Assembly: GCF_009914755.1 (NCBI RefSeq)
Contig: NC_060929.1
Strand: one strand, 5' to 3'
DNA from: the human T2T-CHM13v2.0 reference genome, Homo sapiens
Length of the DNA: 64,000 bases
Shown: piece by piece, positions 58,028 through 64,000 of the stretch
Layout of the letters: each line of letters starts with the position of its first letter
Numbering within the stretch: position 1 is the first letter of the stretch
Translations under genes and position numbers: made by a program
Notes under the pieces: generated by a model
Seen by the model: the letters and a program-made list of their open reading frames with translations, nothing else
What the model was told of the DNA's origin: nothing
Database searches by the model: none

Positions 58028-58932
58028 CTGAGATGTGAGGAGCACCTCTGCCCAGCCGCCCCGTCTGGGAAATGAGGAGCGTCTCTGCCCAGCCGCCCCA
58101 TCTGGGAATTGAGGAGCGCCTCTGCCCGGCCACCCATCTGGGAAGTGAGGAGCGCCTCTGCCCGGCCGCCACCCCGTCTGGGAAGTGGGGAGTGCCTCTG
58201 CCCAGCCACCCCGTCTGGGAAGTGAGGAGCGCCTCTGCCCGGCCGCCCTGTCTGGGAAGTGAGGAGCGCCTCTGCCCGGCCGCCCTGTCTGGGAAGTGAG
58301 GAGCGCCTCTGCCCAGCCGCCACCCCATCTGGGAAGTGAGGAGCGCCCCTGCCTGGCCACCCCGTCTGGGAAGTGAGGAGTGCCTCTGCCCGGCCGCCCC
58401 ATCTGGGAGGTGTACCCAACAGCCCTGAAGAGACAGCGACCATCGAGAACAGGCCATGATGATGATGGTGGTTTTGTCTAAAAGAAAGGGGGAAATGTGG
58501 GGAAAAGAAAGAGATCAGATTGTTACTGTGTCTGTGTAGAAAGAAGTAGACATAGGAGACTCCATTTTGTTCTGTACTAAGAAAAATTCTTCTGCCTTGG
58601 GATGCTGTTAATCTATAACCTTACCCTGAACCCCATGCTCTCTGAAACATGTGCTGTGTCAACTCAGGGTTAAATGGATTAAGGGCGGTGCAAGATGTGC
58701 TTTGTTAAACAGATGCCTGAAGGCAGCATGCTCGTTAAGTGTCATCACCACTCCCTAATCTCAAGGACCCAGGGACACAAACACTGCGGAAGGCCACAGG
58801 GACCTCTGCCTAGGAAAACCAGAGACCTTTGTTCACGTGTTTATCTGCTGACCTTCTCTCCACTATTATCCTATGATCCTGCCACATCCGCCTCTCCGAG
58901 AAACACCCAAGAATGATCAATAAATAAAAAAA
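58028..58932 (+). mobile_element. 5'-truncated SVA (VNTR + SINE-R), probably an old subfamily
   Basis: VNTR units gggaagtgaggagcgcctctgcccggccgcc; HERV-K-derived SINE-R; AATAAA plus short tail; near-TSD aaaaacagctcaaaaa / aaaaatagcttaaaaa. Confidence 0.95.
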
Positions 58933-58979
58933 TAGCTTAAAAAGAGTCACAGATCTACATATAAGAACTAAAATTACAG

Positions 58980-59271
58980 GCAGGGTGCAGTGGCTCACGC
59001 CTGTAATCCCAGCACTTTGGGAGGCTGAGGTGGGCAGATCACAAGGTCAGGACTTCAAGACCAGCCTGGCCAATGTGGTAAAACCCCATCTCTACTAAAA
59101 ATACAAAAATTAGCCAGGCATGGTGGCGTGCGCCTATAGTCCCAGGTACTTGGGAGGCTGAGGCATAAGAATTGCTTGAACCCGGGAGGCGGAGATTGCA
59201 GTTAGCTGAGCTCATGCCACTGTACTCCAGCCTGGGCAACCAAGTGAGACTCCATTCCAAAAAAATAAAAA
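58980..59271 (+). mobile_element. Alu (S-like)
   Basis: Flanking repeat ctaaaattaca. Confidence 0.9.
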
Positions 59272-59771
59272 ACCTAAAATTACAACATGTTTAGAAGAAA
59301 ATAATCCTGTGACCCTGGATTATGTGGAGTCCTAATTAGGGAAAAGGAATCAGGCTGGTGGGATTGAGGGAAAGCAACAAGAAAAAGCAGATAAGCTGTA
59401 AGTTTTCCTTTCTTCATGGTCCAGGACACACAGCCCTCCTGAGCAAATAACTCACAATCTTCCTGCACCCAGCTATCACCAGACCCTCAGCTGATAGAAA
59501 AATGCAATTTAGTTCACTGCAACGTTGGTGTTATCAGTATACACAAAGCCCTCTTCAGTACACAGCACAAGCGCCATCCTATAAAATCCCCAGCAGGCCT
59601 TTGTTTCCTTGCAGTTACCTCCACACTTGCTAACTTGCCCATTGCTTCCTTGCAACATATTTTCCTACTTTCTCTAATAAATCAGCCTTTCTTAACCTAC
59701 AACTGTCTTGGTAAATTCTTTGAACCATCACGCCACCAGCCCCAGATAGTCACCACTCACCCATGACATTT

Positions 59772-59789
59772 TGGTGGCCCATATAAGGA
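59772..59789 (+). other. Primer-binding site, tRNA-Ile-like
   Basis: TGGTGGCCCATATAAGGA vs TGGTGGCCCGTACGGGGA (complement of the tRNA-Ile(AAU) 3' end); 4 transition mismatches; 3 nt after the 5' LTR. Confidence 0.7.
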
Positions 59790-60578
59790 CTCTCTCTCCT
59801 TACAGGGAATCCTCTCCATTCTCTTTCCCAACTTGTGATCCTTGGTGGCCAACATCTGAGCACAGAGACAACTAAAGGTCTCTGGCCAGACCTACACTCC
59901 AGTGGGACTGACAGGTGTCCATGTGGAAGCGTTTGACCCACCACCAGGTTCAGGTGAAGGACCTAAATTTACTTTCACTTTTCAGTCTCCCAGCAGCTGG
60001 CTTCTAGTATCCGACAATTGATGGCAACTGGCCAGGGCCACTCTCTGGTGTTGTCTGAAGGCCAAAGGGTGAATAGGGCTGAGTGCCCTGCCCAACAGGA
60101 AGGAAAGCTCTCTCCTATCTTTTCTGGTCAAAAGTCCCTAAACCCTACGTGTGACACAACTGACAGCAGAAGCTCGTTCAGAGCAAATTCACACGCATTT
60201 TGGGTGACTTGTACCCTCTCTTTCTCGCTCTGAATTATCCATCTTGTTCAGGACTTTGCTAAATCAGGTGATCCAGACAGCCTCAGAACAATGAGTCTTC
60301 CCTTATCCACCCGCTCTTCTGACTGGCACCAGGCTGAGTTCTTCCTTTACCCTTTTTCCTCATACCTGGGCTGATCACCCAGTGTCAGTACCTGGACTGG
60401 CCACCGATTGTAAAGCCCCTGAGCAGCCGAGAGGTCTTTTCTAACGGTGGGAGGCCCCTTTAGAAAGTGTACCCTGAGTCCCTCAGCAGACATAAGTGGA
60501 GCCCTTTTCATCTTGGCAGGATATCCAGAGAGAATGCGCGGTTCAAATAGCCCCAGGCAGCATGTTTTCCAGTCCCAT

Positions 60579-61055
60579 CATGGGATAAACCCCATCTATT
60601 CCTTTAGCCTCACCTCTAGGCTGCATTCTAAAACACTGGAGAAATTTAACCTTTAGACTCTCAAGAAGAAACGTCTAATTTTCTTGTGTAATACAGCATA
60701 GCCCCTGTGCAGAAAATCCTCAAATTAGCCTCCTCAGTCTTTCATAGCCAAAAGCAGAATAAGGAGGACAGGGCTAAAAAGAAAGAAAACCATAGGAACA
60801 AAAGGCAGGCTCAGCTCTTGGCTGCTTTACAAGCCCTCAGCCCCCTCCAGGTTTCCCTAAGAACACTCCTCCAAATAACTGTCATTGGTACAAAAGGCTA
60901 GGCCACTAACAGGCAAACTGCCCTAATGGGATAAATGGGAAAAAAAACCCACATGGCTTACCCCAACCCATAAGCTCGGCCGCTGGAAAAGGGACTGCAC
61001 TGAGGACCGAAGGGCCCCTGGAACAGAATCCTGACCCCTGATGGCCTTAAGCTGA
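60579..61055 (+). pseudogene. ERV gag remnant
   Basis: MG*TPSIPLASPLGCILKHW / TLKKKRLIFLCNTA*P (matrix motif) joined to LKLASSVF...QAQLLAAL (capsid end) and decayed zinc knuckles. Confidence 0.8.
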
Positions 61056-61658
61056 AGGGGCTCTCTGCTCCCGCTGGAGACAGCTCACTTTAACTGGTGG
61101 CTTGTGGAGGTAGGAGGAATTCATCCCATACTGTGTAGGTCTGGGGTGCTAAGGCTCTCCCTGATAGGAAATGAGCGAGAGGGGTAGGGATGCTGCCCTG
61201 CACTGTCCAGTGGCTGCAGGCTCAAAAGCCATCCTGTAAAGCTTAACCTTTTCCTCTATTCCTTTCTTTTCTTTTTCTCTTTTTCTGTTCAATCCAGGAG
61301 TCTAACCTTAAATGGGAAAAAACAGTTTGTAACATCCTAGCCCGATTTTATTGTTCTCTTTAAAACTCCAGCTGCTTACATATTATGCTGTTTTTGTGCA
61401 CATTTTAAACTAATGGGCAAATTACAAAAAAAAAAAATTCAGAGCTCAAATATTTAACTTGCACTACAGAGTTAAACAGTCTTCTAAAGCTCTCGATTTT
61501 CCTTTTTTTTCTTCCTGCTTTAGAACTGCTGTTACTAAGCTGCTGCTGCTGAGATAAGACTCATTATTTATGGTCTAACTAGAATGTAAACACTGGAAAC
61601 TCTTTTAAAGTTAAGAAAAAAAAAGGTTAAAGAAGTTTTGTTAAACCAAACAACCTAG

Positions 61659-62020
<362 letters not shown>

Positions 62021-62329
62021 TAAAGCGAACTCTTTGCATTCAGTTCTACCACAGGATCTCAGTAATTCTCCAACTGCCTGTTAAGCAGCTTCACCCTCTT
62101 GATATTAATGCTTTTATAAGGGAGATAGTACACGATTGCTATTTGCAGAGGAACCTCCAAAACTATCACCCAGATGAAACTTCTTTATATTTGTCCTAGT
62201 GATGTTATTTACCCCCACCACAACTTCAATGTGCTGAAGTACTAGTATTTAACTGTTTTTCTCATACTCTTTACAGCCCATCTTCTTTCCTGCCTTCCTA
62301 AGTTTACCATATATTGTCATTTTCCTTAA

Positions 62330-63191
62330 ATATGATTCTGTTTTTACTCTATCATAGCTAGCTACTGCCTCAATGGCTGCACCCAAGCACCCACTCTACC
62401 CAGTAATATCTCAAGTTGCTAACGTAACACACAATACTGACTGCTGAATATGCCCACACAAGCAGGCACTTGAGGATGACATTACACTCCTTCCTAGCTG
62501 TTGCACTATCTATAGAAGAAATTGTTAACATACAAGCCCAATAGTCTGGATTCGACTACACCACTTACACACACACCAAAAACGCAGGTTTAAGAGGGGG
62601 ACCTAGGCCAATGGATGCCTCATGGCAATCATCCACCATGACAAAGTGGATCGGGAAGGCACCAGAGATGGCCGTAAGGCAAACCTCTGCATTAGAAACT
62701 CCAAGGGGTTCGGCCCTTTCCTAGGGGCTTTAACACAAGTGCATTGCAATTCTGCCCTGAACTATAATCAGGTACACCAGGAACAGGTGCCATATGACGA
62801 CTCTGATCAGCTCACTGTGGACGCCCACAGGCTTTCTCTATTGCGGGGAAACAACAAAGTTAATGCCTGCAAGATTGATGATGATGACTTTATGCCTATA
62901 AACAATTCAGCAACGGGGATGGAATATATAGGAATAGGGGTCAAGACTAGACAACTCCTCATCCTCACTAATACATCTACATCTTTTTCTCAATTTTCCC
63001 TTATCCCATTAATATTTAGAAATCTTTATCTGTCAGACCCCACTTCTCCCACCTGTAATAATGCTCATAGGAGTTCATTTGTACCATTCATTGTTAATGC
63101 AATATCTCATTTTGTGTCTTCTAGAATACAACAATTTCAAACCAAAATGTTACTGCAGCAATGGTATCAGCCATTAAGGGTACTCCATTAA
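62330..63191 (+). pseudogene. ERV env remnant
   Basis: NVTHNTDC*ICPH (decayed SU CWIC motif, 62442-62453) and FVSSRIQQFQTKMLLQQWYQPL (gamma-type TM cytoplasmic tail). Confidence 0.75.
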
Positions 63192-64000
63192 CTCTCCTTT
63201 AAACACAGCAGGACAAAATTTTAGGCTGCTAAATAAATGCTGTTCCCCCATAGTCCCACAGTCACCCTGCTCAATTCAAGTCCCAACTCCGGGGTTTAGG
63301 CCCATATAACCTCCTAACAGGCCAGTAATCCTAGGTAGGGCCAACTCTATGCCCCTGGTCAGCAGGAAGCAGTTGGAAGATGAGACCTTCACCCACATGA
63401 CAAAGATTTGTCACTATTGCTCTGTCAGCAAGAAAATGTAGAGTCTTAATTAGGGAAAAGGAGTCAGGCTGGTGGGACTAAGGGAAAGCAAAAAGAGAAG
63501 GCAGATAAGCTGTAAGTTTGCCTTTCTTCATGGTGCAGGACACGTAGCCCTCTTGGGCAAATAACTCACAGTCTTCCTGCACCTATCAACAGACCCTCGG
63601 CTGACAGAAAACTGCAGGTTAGCTCACTGGAACCTTGGTGTTATCAATACTGCACAAAGACCCCTTCAGCACACAGCACAAGCATCATCCTGTAAAATCC
63701 CCAGCAAGCCTTTGTCTCCTTGTAGTTAGCTTCTCTCTTGCAAACTTGCCTGTTGCTTCCTTGCAATGTATCTTCCTACTTTCTCTAATACATCTGCCTT
63801 TCTTTACCTGCAACTGTCTTGGTAAACTCTTTTTACCACACCACCAGCCCCAGATAGTTACTGCTCACCCATGACAGATTAGACAGAGTCCTTCAAAAGC
63901 CTAATGCATAAAGAAAAATCTGATAAATTAAACTGCAGAAACATTTAAAAAATGTTTGCTCTTAAGAAGACATCACTTAGAAAATGAAAAGAAAAATCAG

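Noticed and set aside
57969-58457. Minus-strand ORFs with GRGAPHFPD repeats
   Set aside because: Standard antisense translation of the SVA VNTR.

Overview
Primate (very probably human) genomic DNA, rich in Alu, L1, ERV and SVA elements, with no supportable intact protein-coding gene. The left half carries a minus-strand mosaic of decayed gene pieces. (1) Six intron-separated exons (14503 down to 436) are an unprocessed, disabled copy of the N-terminal part of CEP192. From memory this matches the CEP192P1/LOC643201 locus in the 5q35.2 low-copy repeats; that placement is unverified. (2) Upstream of them (about 18.5-27.1 kb) is an old, internally triplicated array of very small AG/GT-bounded exons (12, 25, 26-29 and 65-71 nt) whose translations resemble FAM153 proteins. 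(3) Further upstream lie a few exon-shaped segments of unknown origin (28-30 kb). At 37.3-39.4 kb and 41.3-44.2 kb a CpG-island/first-exon block is present twice. The second copy carries a 5'-inverted L1 and is bounded by a TSD-less LTR and a 27-bp VNTR. The right half holds a SEPHS1 processed pseudogene broken up by Alus, a two-LTR MST (MaLR) element whose left LTR has grown a 52-bp VNTR, a 5'-truncated SVA, and a two-LTR pol-less ERV1 provirus with a tRNA-Ile-like PBS and gag/env remnants. Protein and repeat-family assignments come from recalled sequences and need database confirmation. I see no evidence for a wholly new biochemical system; the FAM153-like micro-exon array and its possible fusion transcript with CEP192 exons are the most notable observations.
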